From: Patescibacteria group bacterium
GTDB taxonomy: Bacteria > Patescibacteriota > Patescibacteriia > Magasanikbacterales > GWA2-37-8
Length of the DNA stretch: 64,000 bases
Direction of reading: 5' to 3'
Assembly (NCBI GenBank): GCA_004321885.1
Contig: SCQK01000004.1
Coordinates: forward strand, 22,684 to 86,683
A program made the translations under genes and the position numbers. Shown here in pieces: positions 17,211 through 26,165 of the stretch; position 1 is the stretch's first letter; each line of letters begins with the position of its first letter. The notes under the pieces are model-generated. The model saw only the letters and a list, made by a program, of their open reading frames with translations. It was not told the DNA's origin and did not search any database.

Positions 17211-18332
17211 ATGAAAATTGCCCTGGTCCATGATTATCTGGCTCAAGACGGAGGGGCCGAGCGCGTACTGAAAACGTTTCATGAAATCTGGCCGCAAGCG
17301 CCTATTTTTGTTCTTTTCCACAACAAAAAAATGATAGACAGCCTGCCCGAGGCTAAAATCAATCAGTCGTTCATCTCCCGCCTGCCTTTCGGGAAAAAAT
17401 TTTTTCAATGGTATCTGCCTCTCATGCCCGTGGCCACGGAAAAGCACAACCTGCATGAATTTGACGTGGTGCTTTCTTCCACCAGTTCATTTGCCAAAGG
17501 CGTGCTCACGCGGCCCGAAACCCTGCACATCTCCTATTGCCACACTCCCCCGCGCTATTTGTGGACCGAGGCCCACGAATATCTAACCGACCTGCGCCTG
17601 AACCGCGCGGTCAAAGCCCTGCTCCCGCGCATCATTTACAAACTGCGCATGTGGGACCAGATGAGCGCGGACCGCGTGGATTTTTTCATCGCCAACTCGC
17701 GCACGGTGCAGTTGCGCATAAACAAGTATTACCGCCGTGCGAGCGATTTGATTTACCCGCCCGTGGACTTGGAAAAATTTCGCGTCGCGCCCGCCATCAG
17801 CGACTACTTCGCGGCCGGCGGCCGGCTGGTGCCTTATAAAAAAATTGACCTGGTCGTGAAAACTTTCAACCGGCTGAAATGGCCCCTGAAAATTTTCGGC
17901 GTGGGGCCGGAGCTAAACGCTCTGCAAAAAATGGCCAAGCCGAACATAGAATTTCTGGGAAAAATTTCCGATGAAGAGAAAGCGTCTTTGCTGGGTCAGG
18001 CGCGAGCGTTCATTCATCCGCAATTAGAGGACTGCGGCATCACGCCGCTTGAAACCATGGCCAGCGGCCGGCCGGTGATCGCCTATGCGGCCGGCGGGGC
18101 CACGGAAACGGTTTTGCCAAACGAGACCGGCGTTTTTTTCCACAAGCAAAATTGGGAATCGCTTTATAAAATCCTGCTTAATTTTGACCCATATTCCTGG
18201 GACGGCGAGCGCGTGCGCCAGCATGCGGCCAAATTCAACTCCGCCAATTTCAAGCAAAAAATAAAGGATTACGTGGAGCATCGGTACGAAGAATTCAAAA
18301 AGGGACTAAGCCAGGAAAGATTATTTGTATAA
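17211..18332 (+). CDS. Glycosyltransferase family 4 (GT4)
   Basis: MKIALVHDYL..GGAERV N-terminal domain and the GT4 C-terminal E..G.P..E motif (EDCGITPLETMASGRPVIA). The start is refined to the ATG at 17211. Confidence 0.8.
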   Translation: MKIALVHDYLAQDGGAERVLKTFHEIWPQAPIFVLFHNKKMIDSLPEAKINQSFISRLPFGKKFFQWYLPLMPVATEKHNLHEFDVVLSSTSSFAKGVLTRPETLHISYCHTPPRYLWTEAHEYLTDLRLNRAVKALLPRIIYKLRMWDQMSADRVDFFIANSRTVQLRINKYYRRASDLIYPPVDLEKFRVAPAISDYFAAGGRLVPYKKIDLVVKTFNRLKWPLKIFGVGPELNALQKMAKPNIEFLGKISDEEKASLLGQARAFIHPQLEDCGITPLETMASGRPVIAYAAGGATETVLPNETGVFFHKQNWESLYKILLNFDPYSWDGERVRQHAAKFNSANFKQKIKDYVEHRYEEFKKGLSQERLFV

Positions 18333-18335
18333 TAT

Positions 18336-19529
18336 ATGCGCGTTGGCATTGATGTCAGGCCGCTGATGAATGACGTGCGCACCGGCATTGGCGAATACAC
18401 GCATTTTTTGCTGGACACTATTTTTGACATTGATAAAAAGAACGAATATTTTCTGTTTTACAACTCCGGCAAAGATGTCGGCGCCAATATTCCCCAGTGG
18501 ACGCAAAATAATATTCATTATGTCGCGAGCAGATGGCCCAATAAAATTTTCAACGCGTCCATAAAATTTTTCAACCGGCCGCGAATCAAAGAGGTGGACA
18601 TTTTTTTTTCTCCTAATCTCAACTTCACCGCCCTGTCGCCGAAAACAAAATTTATTCTCACGGTTCACGACTTGTCCTTTGAGCTGTTTCCGGAATTTTT
18701 TTCCGCCAAACAGCGGCTGTGGCACAAAATGATAAACCCGCGCAGACAATGCCAGCGGGCCGATATTATTATCGCGCCCTCTGAAAACACCAAGCGGGAT
18801 TTGAGGGAGATATATAATATAGAAGAGAAAAAAATAAAAGTGATTTACCCGGGAATATGTCATCCCGACCCGCCACAGGGCGGGGAGGGATCTCTGTTCA
18901 CGGCTGGCTCCATAATCCCCCCCACAGGGGTGGAGCTAAACTGCAAGCTGGCTCCACAGCCCGCCTTTGGCGGGATTATGGAGCCAGCCAATTCCAATCC
19001 CTACATCCTCTTCCTCGGCACCATTGAGCCGCGCAAAAATATTATCGGCCTGATAGAGGCGTTTGAAAAAGCCTGCCCCTCGCTCCCGGCGCCTTACACC
19101 CTCGTTATCGCCGGGGCCGCGGGCTGGAACAATAAACAGATTTACGAACGCGCCAAAAATTCCCCCATTAAAGATAAAATTAAAATTTTGGGATACGTGC
19201 GGCCGGAAGAAAAGCCGGCTCTGTATGCCGGCGCGGCCTTGTTTTGCTATCCCAGCATTTACGAGGGCTTTGGTTTTCCGGTTTTGGAAGCCATGTCCGC
19301 GGGGACTCCGGTTTTAACCTCAAACCGCTCTTCCCTGCCGGAAATAACGAGCGGCGCCGCGCACCTGGTAAATCCAAACAATGTTTCCGACATGGCCGCA
19401 GGCATAATAAACATTTTAACCAACGAAAAACTGCGCAATTTTTTGAAAGAAAAGGGCCAAGAGCAGGCCGCGAAATTTTTATGGCAAGAAGCGGCGGAAA
19501 AATTTTTAAGCGTTATTCGCTCTTTGTAA
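18336..19529 (+). CDS. Glycosyltransferase family 4 with an in-frame MITE-like (family-B-related) insertion
   Basis: GT4 motifs (LGTIEPRKNI, YEGFGFPVLEAMSAGTPVL). The roughly 30-aa insert SLFTAGSIIPPTGVELNCKLAPQPAFGGIMEPA is encoded by the repeat at 18903..18987. Confidence 0.8.
   Translation: MRVGIDVRPLMNDVRTGIGEYTHFLLDTIFDIDKKNEYFLFYNSGKDVGANIPQWTQNNIHYVASRWPNKIFNASIKFFNRPRIKEVDIFFSPNLNFTALSPKTKFILTVHDLSFELFPEFFSAKQRLWHKMINPRRQCQRADIIIAPSENTKRDLREIYNIEEKKIKVIYPGICHPDPPQGGEGSLFTAGSIIPPTGVELNCKLAPQPAFGGIMEPANSNPYILFLGTIEPRKNIIGLIEAFEKACPSLPAPYTLVIAGAAGWNNKQIYERAKNSPIKDKIKILGYVRPEEKPALYAGAALFCYPSIYEGFGFPVLEAMSAGTPVLTSNRSSLPEITSGAAHLVNPNNVSDMAAGIINILTNEKLRNFLKEKGQEQAAKFLWQEAAEKFLSVIRSL
18903..18987. 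repeat. Variant MITE-like element with CTGGCTCCA..TGGAGCCAG arms, inserted in frame in the GT4 gene
   Basis: CTGGCTCCATAATCCCCCCCACAGGGGTGGAGC + TAAACTGCAAG + CTGGCTCCACAGCCCGCCTTTGGCGGGATTATGGAGCCAG. It shares its outer arms with the units at 3629 and 13683. Confidence 0.75.
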
Positions 19530-19638
19530 AAACCGCCAAACGTAGTAAAATAATAAACAGTAATTGATTTTAGTTAAAAAAACAGAAAATGCTCAATAAG
19601 AAATAAATAAGTTAAAGATCAACTAGAAACCGACGAGT

Positions 19639-20766
19639 ATGGCAGAAAAAAAAATCCTCATCCTGCACGACTACTTCCTGTACAAAGGCGGCGGAGAACG
19701 GCTGGTGATTTCTTTGGCCAAGGGTTTGGGGGCCGATATCGCCACGGCTTTTATCGCGGCCGGCGCCTTTGACCCGCGCGACCACGGCATCAAAACCTTT
19801 GAATTATACAAAGAGAGCCGTTTTTCGCGAATCCCCGGCTTCAGATATTTGCAAACGCAATTCGCTTTTTTGCTCAAAACCGGCTTTGCCAAAAACTACG
19901 ATGTCGTTATTTACAGCGGCGACTGCCTCACAGCGCGATTGCGCCTAACCAAACCAAAAAGCATCGCCTACATGCATACTCCTCCGCGTCATTTGTACGA
20001 CGCCTATAGCGAACGCCTGCGCGAATATCCGTTGTGGAAAAAAATAATTTTTGTTCCCTTTGTTTGGTTCAACCGTTTGCGCTTTTCTTATTTAACAAAA
20101 AAAATGAACGTGATCGTCACAAATTCTCAAAACACGCGCGCGCGCATCAAAGAGTATTTGGGATTGGATTCCATTGTCGTTTATCCGCCCTGCGATGTCG
20201 TGCCCTTGTCCAATCTGGGCTACGGCGATTATTTTTTTTCCTGGGCCCGGCTCTATCCGATTAAACGCGTGGATAAGATCGTGGAGGCCTTTGCCGCCAT
20301 GCCGGATAAAAAACTGGTGGTGGCCTCGGGCGGGCCGGATCTGGAAAAAATCCAAAAACTGGCGGCCGGCTGCCAGAACATCAAAGTGCTGGGCTGGATC
20401 AGCGACCAAGAATTGGAACAACACCTGGGCAAATGTTTGGCCACCATTTACGTTCCGGTGCGCGAGGACTTTGGCATGAGCGCGGTTGAATCCATGAATG
20501 CAGGCAAACCGGTAATCGGCGCGGCCGAAGGCGGGCTCTTGGAAATAATTGAACACGAAAAAAACGGCTTTCTGCTAAAACCCGATTTTAGCGCCGAAGA
20601 TTTACGCGCGGCCGTACGCGCCATGACCGCGGACAAAGCCGCGGCTATGGCCAATGCCTGCCTGGCCACGAGCAAAAAATTCAGCGAGCAAAACTTCATT
20701 GAGGGAATGAAAAAAATAGTGTATAATGTCATTGCGAGGCCGAAGCAAACCCATGCCCAACGATAG
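19639..20766 (+). CDS. Glycosyltransferase family 4 (GT4)
   Basis: MAEKKILILHDYFLYKGGGERLV..; C-terminal REDFGMSAVESMNAGKPVIG..GGLLEII. Confidence 0.8.
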   Translation: MAEKKILILHDYFLYKGGGERLVISLAKGLGADIATAFIAAGAFDPRDHGIKTFELYKESRFSRIPGFRYLQTQFAFLLKTGFAKNYDVVIYSGDCLTARLRLTKPKSIAYMHTPPRHLYDAYSERLREYPLWKKIIFVPFVWFNRLRFSYLTKKMNVIVTNSQNTRARIKEYLGLDSIVVYPPCDVVPLSNLGYGDYFFSWARLYPIKRVDKIVEAFAAMPDKKLVVASGGPDLEKIQKLAAGCQNIKVLGWISDQELEQHLGKCLATIYVPVREDFGMSAVESMNAGKPVIGAAEGGLLEIIEHEKNGFLLKPDFSAEDLRAAVRAMTADKAAAMANACLATSKKFSEQNFIEGMKKIVYNVIARPKQTHAQR

Positions 20767-20784
20767 GGATTGCTTCGCCACTTC

Positions 20785-23214
20785 ATGGCTCGCAATGACA
20801 GCGACACAATGGCTAAGATACAACTGCGCCGGTGCGCTCTTTGCCAAGAGCCCGGCCACAACAAATCCACCTGCCCCCAGCGGCACGATTTTGAAGTAGC
20901 CAAGCCCTCCGCGGCCCTGCATTTTTTTGTGCACCACACGAACCGCGACTCTTCCCCTTCTCCGCACGTAGTAAACCTCAAAGAAAAAGAGGAGCTCTGG
21001 CGCGACATAGAATCTTGCGAGCCAGAACACGGCCCGAAAAATGACGACTATTATTTTTATCACATCAAACACGCTGGCCACGACGACCCGCGCCAAACCC
21101 CGGTCGTCAATATCCTGCCGCAGGACCTGGACGCGCCCACGCCGCGGCCCTTGCCCAAAAAAAGCCAGCCCAAAAACGACAAAAAATTTTTCTCTGGAGC
21201 CGTGAGAAGCTTTAGGAAAACGTTTACTCCGGCGCGGGCCGCAGTCATTGTCTCTATTCTCACGCTGGTCGCGTTCGCCCCGTCCAGCGCGCAAAATTAC
21301 TATCTAAGCGTGAAGTCAACCGCGGCCACGGCGGCCGAAAGCGGCGCCGCCGCTTTTTCGGCCCTGCGCGATTCCACCGCCGCCATTATGAGCGGCCAGC
21401 TGGACCTGGCGAGGAGCGCGCTGGAAAACGCCCTGCGCAATTTCAATCTGGCAGTGGAAACATTAAACAGCAACCATCGTTTTTTACAAACCGCCGCCGC
21501 CAGCCTGCCTATTGTGGGCCGCGACGTTTCGGGTAAGCAAAAACTGCTGCTGGCCGGCCAAGCCATTGCCCGCGGCAATGCCGAGCTTTTGCAAGGCGCG
21601 ACGGAAATGGAGCGCGCAGACGCTGACCTGGCAAAAAAACTTAACGGCCTGGTGTCTTATATACAGCTATCCGTGCCGGAATTTCAAAAGGCCCTGGCCA
21701 GCCTGAAGGACGTAAGTGACGACAGCCTGCCGGAAAATTTTCAGCCGGCCCTGCAAACCGTTAAATCGGTTTTTCCCGCGCTGGTAAATGATTTAAGCGA
21801 CATCGCGCGCCTGGCCCAATCCATTTCCGAAATTTCGGGCGCCCGGGGTTTGCGCCGCTATCTTTTAATTTTCCAAAATCCAAACGAAATCCGGGCTACC
21901 GGCGGATTTATGGGCAGTTTCGCCCTGCTGGAAATAGAAGACGGCAAAATGCGCAATCTGACGGTGCCGCCCGGGGGTTCATACGACCTGCAGGGTCAGC
22001 TGGACACCTACCTGGAGCCGCCGGCGCCCCTGCTTCTTTCCAACAAGCGCTGGGAATTTCAAGACGCAAACTGGTTTCCGGATTTTCCGGCCAGCGCCCA
22101 AAAAATTCTTTGGTTCTATCGCCACAGCCGCGGCATTACGGCCGACGGGGTCATTGCCATAAACGCCACTGCGCTAAACCGCGCGCTTGAGCTCACCGGG
22201 CCCGTGGCGGACAAAAAACGGGGGCTGATTTTGGCCAAAGACAACGCCCTGGACGTCATTTCCAAGGTGGTGGAATTTGGTCCGGAAAAGAAGGACAAAA
22301 AACCAAAGCAGATTTTATCCGACCTGGCGCCAATTTTCGCGGACTATTTTCAAAATCTTAAAGCCGGCGAAACCCTGCCCGCCCTGTCCTCCCTGCTTGA
22401 CGCCTTGCAAAAAAAAGAAATTCAGGTATATTTCAACGACAAGGCAACGCAGAACATTATGGAAGAATTCGGCTGGGCCGGCAAAATGGCGAATACCTAC
22501 CCGGACCAGGATTATTTAATGGTGGTTAATTCCAATCTGCAGGGTCAAAAAAGCGACGCGGCCATTTCCCAGCTGGTCAGTCACCAGGCGGTAGCGCAAG
22601 CCGACGGCAGTATCATAGACAGCGTGGTGATAGAACGAAAACACAACGGCGTCCCCGGCGAACCACTCTACGGCCAGACCAACATAGATTATATCCGCGT
22701 CTATGTGCCGGCCGGCAGCGAACTCAAGAGCGCCAGCGGTTTTGTCTGGCCCGATGAAAAAAAATTCAAAGCCCCGGCCGCCTTTTATCAAAAAGACGCT
22801 TTCCTGGCCGGCCTGGAAAAAGAAATAGCCATAGACGACAGGTCTGGCACGCGCGTAACCGATGAATTCGGCAAAAGGGCTTTCGGCAACTGGCTCATCA
22901 CCGAACCGGGCCAGACCAGCCGCGTGGAATTCGTATATCAGTTGCCTTGGCTGGCTTTTGCCGCCGATAAAGCAAACTCGCTAAAATGGGCGGAAAAAAT
23001 TTTTGGCGGAGCAATTTCGGCCCGCTATCAGTTGGTGGCTCAAAAACAATCCGGGGTGGAGTCCGCGTTTGAAAGCCAATTTATTTTCCCGGCCGGTTGG
23101 ACGCCGGTTTGGCGCCAGGGCGAAAATATGACGTTGGCCGGAAACGGCGCCGATGTTTCCCAAACTATGTTGGACACGGACAAGATTTGGAGTTTGGTTT
23201 TAGAAAAAGAATAA
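20785..23214 (+). CDS. DUF4012-family protein (cell-surface glycan cluster) with a cytoplasmic N-terminal CCHC zinc-knuckle-like motif and a TM anchor
   Basis: NPNEIRATGGFMGSFALLEIEDGKM resembles the DUF4012 core. N-terminal CALCQEPGHNKSTC = C-x2-C-x4-H-x4-C. TM AAVIVSILTLVAFAP. The ORF track starts at a TTG at 20770; the first ATG is 20785. Confidence 0.6.
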   Translation: MARNDSDTMAKIQLRRCALCQEPGHNKSTCPQRHDFEVAKPSAALHFFVHHTNRDSSPSPHVVNLKEKEELWRDIESCEPEHGPKNDDYYFYHIKHAGHDDPRQTPVVNILPQDLDAPTPRPLPKKSQPKNDKKFFSGAVRSFRKTFTPARAAVIVSILTLVAFAPSSAQNYYLSVKSTAATAAESGAAAFSALRDSTAAIMSGQLDLARSALENALRNFNLAVETLNSNHRFLQTAAASLPIVGRDVSGKQKLLLAGQAIARGNAELLQGATEMERADADLAKKLNGLVSYIQLSVPEFQKALASLKDVSDDSLPENFQPALQTVKSVFPALVNDLSDIARLAQSISEISGARGLRRYLLIFQNPNEIRATGGFMGSFALLEIEDGKMRNLTVPPGGSYDLQGQLDTYLEPPAPLLLSNKRWEFQDANWFPDFPASAQKILWFYRHSRGITADGVIAINATALNRALELTGPVADKKRGLILAKDNALDVISKVVEFGPEKKDKKPKQILSDLAPIFADYFQNLKAGETLPALSSLLDALQKKEIQVYFNDKATQNIMEEFGWAGKMANTYPDQDYLMVVNSNLQGQKSDAAISQLVSHQAVAQADGSIIDSVVIERKHNGVPGEPLYGQTNIDYIRVYVPAGSELKSASGFVWPDEKKFKAPAAFYQKDAFLAGLEKEIAIDDRSGTRVTDEFGKRAFGNWLITEPGQTSRVEFVYQLPWLAFAADKANSLKWAEKIFGGAISARYQLVAQKQSGVESAFESQFIFPAGWTPVWRQGENMTLAGNGADVSQTMLDTDKIWSLVLEKE

Positions 23215-23224
23215 CTATAATTTT

Positions 23225-25120
23225 ATGGAAAAAGACCCCCGATTTGTCTCTAAATCTTTGGACAATCCGGAGGAGCCGGCCAAAGTCATAAAACCGCGCC
23301 GAAAAGTGACACGCAAAAAAATCGCGCCGGTCAAAAGGGTGAGCAAAAAAGAAAGGCAAATCAATTCCCAGCTCACTTCCATATACAGCGACGCCAACGG
23401 CCGCATCCCCAGCATGGACCGCATTATCATCAAACGAAATCATCCGCTGGTGAAGATTTTTTTCTTTCTGCTCGTCGTGGGCGGGGCCCTGGCCGCGGCG
23501 GCCTGGTCTGGCCTTTTGGTTTTGCCGGAAAAAAAATTCGCCGAAGAAAAAGTGTCGCTAGTCGTGCGCGGGCCAATGGCCGCCGCCCTGGGCGCCACCA
23601 CCACCTATACTATTGCCTACAAAAATGACCAAAACGCCACTCTGAATAACGCGGTGCTCTCGACGCAATTTCCCAAAGACTTTGTTTATCTCTCCAGCGA
23701 ACCAACGGCCCGCAACTCGGGCAACAGCGAATGGCAGCTGGGCTCGGTGGGCCCGGGCGAGGGCAGACAAATCACGATTACCGGCCTGCTCTACGGCCGG
23801 CCCGGGGGCGAGCAGTCGTGGCGCGTCTTTCTCACCTACCGGCCGCAAAACATGAACTCTGACTTGCAAAAAATCGCCATCTACAACGTGGCCGTGGAAG
23901 AGGCCGGCGTGTCGCTCGCTATTGCCGGACCGGCCAAGGCTGTCTTGGGAAACAAAGCAGAATATACTTTCCGCGCCACCGCCGCCGACAAATGGCCGGC
24001 CGGCAAATTGGAGCTCCAGCCAATCCTGCCGGATAATTTTTACCTTGTTTCTTCCTCGCCGGCTTTGGATAAAAACAAAATTTGGACCATTAAAAATACG
24101 CCCGCGACCAGCACTATTGTTTATAAAATCGCGGGCAAGTTCAGTACTTCCTCGGAAAACGCGGCGGTCATAAAAGGAACCCTGTCGCTGGCGGCCAAAG
24201 AAACCGGCCGGCTGTTTGAGCTGGCCAGCGCCGGCGCCGACACCCAGTTGGAAGACAACGACATCAGTCTTAATCTGGCAGTCAACGGCTCCACCGGCAA
24301 TATGAACGCGAGCCCGGGAGAACTGCTCAATATGTCGCTGTTTTTGAAAAATATGACGCGGCTGGAAATGAAAAACGCGGCCATCAAGTTGGCGATAGAC
24401 GCGCCTTCGTACAAAAAACAAAGCGTGCTCAACTGGACGGAAATCACCGACGAACTGGACGGCGTCATCAGCGGAGCCCAGCTTGGAGATAATGTGCGGC
24501 GGGGAGAAATCACCTGGGACAAAGCCAAATTGCCCGCGCTGGCCAAACTAAAGCCCAATGACTCGGCGAGCATAGACGTGCGCCTGCCCATCAAAGACAG
24601 CCAGGCATTCGCCTTGGCCGAACTGAAAACCTTTGAAATAAAAATCGCGGCCGAGCTGACTTACACCGACAACAACAACAAAACGCAAGTCCTGGCTACC
24701 GCTCCCATCGTCATCAGATTAAATTCCGACCTTAAGTTAGAAGTGCGCGATACCATCACGAGTGGCGACGCGGCCAAAGAAGAGCATAAAGCCGTGTGGG
24801 TGCTGACCAATAATTTTCATCCGGTGAAAAACATAAATATATCCGCGGATATCTACGGCCTGATTGACTGGTTTGGCGGCAATACCTCCACGGTGCCGGC
24901 CGGCCAGCTGACCTACGACCCCAAGGCGCAAAAAATCACGTGGACCGTAAACGAGATGCCGCTTTCCGTGGATACCCTGGCCCTGCCGTTTACTTTCACT
25001 TTGAAGCAAAAAAATACCACGCAAAAAGTGCTGGTATCAAAGGCGCATGTGCAGGCCGTGGATGCGACCACCGGCGAAGCGCTTGATTTTATGGGCGATG
25101 CCATCGGCCTCAATCCTTAG
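23225..25120 (+). CDS. Membrane-anchored protein with repeated beta-sandwich (DUF11/CARDB-like) domains
   Basis: Basic N-terminus, TM IFFFLLVVGGALAAAAW, then a roughly 550-aa T/S/N-rich repetitive extracellular region. Confidence 0.5.
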   Translation: MEKDPRFVSKSLDNPEEPAKVIKPRRKVTRKKIAPVKRVSKKERQINSQLTSIYSDANGRIPSMDRIIIKRNHPLVKIFFFLLVVGGALAAAAWSGLLVLPEKKFAEEKVSLVVRGPMAAALGATTTYTIAYKNDQNATLNNAVLSTQFPKDFVYLSSEPTARNSGNSEWQLGSVGPGEGRQITITGLLYGRPGGEQSWRVFLTYRPQNMNSDLQKIAIYNVAVEEAGVSLAIAGPAKAVLGNKAEYTFRATAADKWPAGKLELQPILPDNFYLVSSSPALDKNKIWTIKNTPATSTIVYKIAGKFSTSSENAAVIKGTLSLAAKETGRLFELASAGADTQLEDNDISLNLAVNGSTGNMNASPGELLNMSLFLKNMTRLEMKNAAIKLAIDAPSYKKQSVLNWTEITDELDGVISGAQLGDNVRRGEITWDKAKLPALAKLKPNDSASIDVRLPIKDSQAFALAELKTFEIKIAAELTYTDNNNKTQVLATAPIVIRLNSDLKLEVRDTITSGDAAKEEHKAVWVLTNNFHPVKNINISADIYGLIDWFGGNTSTVPAGQLTYDPKAQKITWTVNEMPLSVDTLALPFTFTLKQKNTTQKVLVSKAHVQAVDATTGEALDFMGDAIGLNP

Positions 25121-26048
25121 CATCCAAAAATTTTTCAACCAACTCTTCGGCCTTTTTTGGGTCGCTTCCCTCAATCCATTTTATCCTCTGGTCGCGCTTA
25201 AACCATGTAATCTGGCGCTTGGCGTAATTTTTTGTGTCTTTTTTGAGCGTCGCCAAGGCCTGCTCCAAACTCATCTCGCCGCGCAGATAATAGCCGATTT
25301 GCCGGTAGCCGAGCGTGCTCATGCTGGGCAAATCCCATCCGTATTTTTGCTTGGTTAAGCCAGACACTTCTTCAAGCAGGCCGCGCTTAATGTATGAATC
25401 GCATCTTTCCTCTATGCGCTTTAACAAAATTTCTTTGGGCCAGTGAAGGCCGATTTGCAAAACGTCAAACAAGGGCGCGCCCTTTTTTCTTTGCGATGAA
25501 AATGACGCGCCCGTGATTATTTGCACTTCCAGGGCGCGAATCACGCGGCGCGGATTTTTGAGGTCAATTTTACGGGCGCCGGCCGGGTCAAGTTGCCGCA
25601 ACAACCTGGCCAACTCGTCCAAACCCTTGCTTTCCAGACTGCGGCGCAAATTTTTGTTTGGCGCGATGGCCGGGATGTCAAGATTGTCAATTAAAGACCA
25701 GAGGTAAAGGCCGGTGCCGCCCACGACAATCGGCAATTTCCCGCGCGCGCTGATATCGCGGCAAATTCTGATTGCCGCGGACTTAAAATCAGCCACCGTG
25801 TAATTTTTGCCCGGGTCTATGATGTCCATCAGATAGTGCGGCACGGCTTCCACGAAATACGCTTTGTGCCGGCCGTGGCGGCGCCACTCGCCCACGGGCT
25901 TGTCCGTGGCAATGTTCATTTTTTGATAAATCTGCCGCGAATCAGCCGAAACAATCTCGCCGTTAAATTTTTTGGCCAGCGCGATGCCCAGCTCGGTTTT
26001 GCCCGAAGCCGTGGGCCCGACAATGGCGATGATTTTAGGAAGAGACAT
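25110..26048 (-). CDS. miaA: tRNA dimethylallyltransferase
   Basis: P-loop IAIVGPTASGKTELG, SADSRQIYQKMNIATDKP. The start is refined to MSLPKII (ATG 26048), because the ORF-track N-terminal extension is translated repeat sequence. The stop is TGA. Confidence 0.85.
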   Translation of the reverse strand: MSLPKIIAIVGPTASGKTELGIALAKKFNGEIVSADSRQIYQKMNIATDKPVGEWRRHGRHKAYFVEAVPHYLMDIIDPGKNYTVADFKSAAIRICRDISARGKLPIVVGGTGLYLWSLIDNLDIPAIAPNKNLRRSLESKGLDELARLLRQLDPAGARKIDLKNPRRVIRALEVQIITGASFSSQRKKGAPLFDVLQIGLHWPKEILLKRIEERCDSYIKRGLLEEVSGLTKQKYGWDLPSMSTLGYRQIGYYLRGEMSLEQALATLKKDTKNYAKRQITWFKRDQRIKWIEGSDPKKAEELVEKFLDAKD

Positions 26049-26056
26049 AGGTCGTT

Positions 26057-26165
26057 CCCCTCCCCTTGATATCTGCGGATATTTACTCATTCGTTCGGAA
26101 GTAAAAGTATAAACTTTTACTTCACTCACTCATTTCGTAAATAAGGGGAGGGTTAGGGAGGGGTA
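26057..26165. repeat. Composite: a family-A element (CCCCTCCCCTTGAT ... ATAAGGGGAGGGTTAGGGAGGGGTA) split by a 70-bp AT-rich GAGTGA-family element
   Basis: Left half at 26057..26070 and right half at 26141..26165. The insert at 26071..26136 contains the palindrome GAAGTAAAAGT-ATA-AACTTTTACTTC and ATATCTGCGGATAT. The right half encodes the miaB C-terminus LPLPNPPLIYEMSE. Confidence 0.75.

Noticed and set aside
20602-21294. The 230-aa minus-strand ORF 20602..21294
   Set aside because: It overlaps the 3' end of the GT4 gene and the DUF4012 N-terminus on the opposite strand, and has no motifs.
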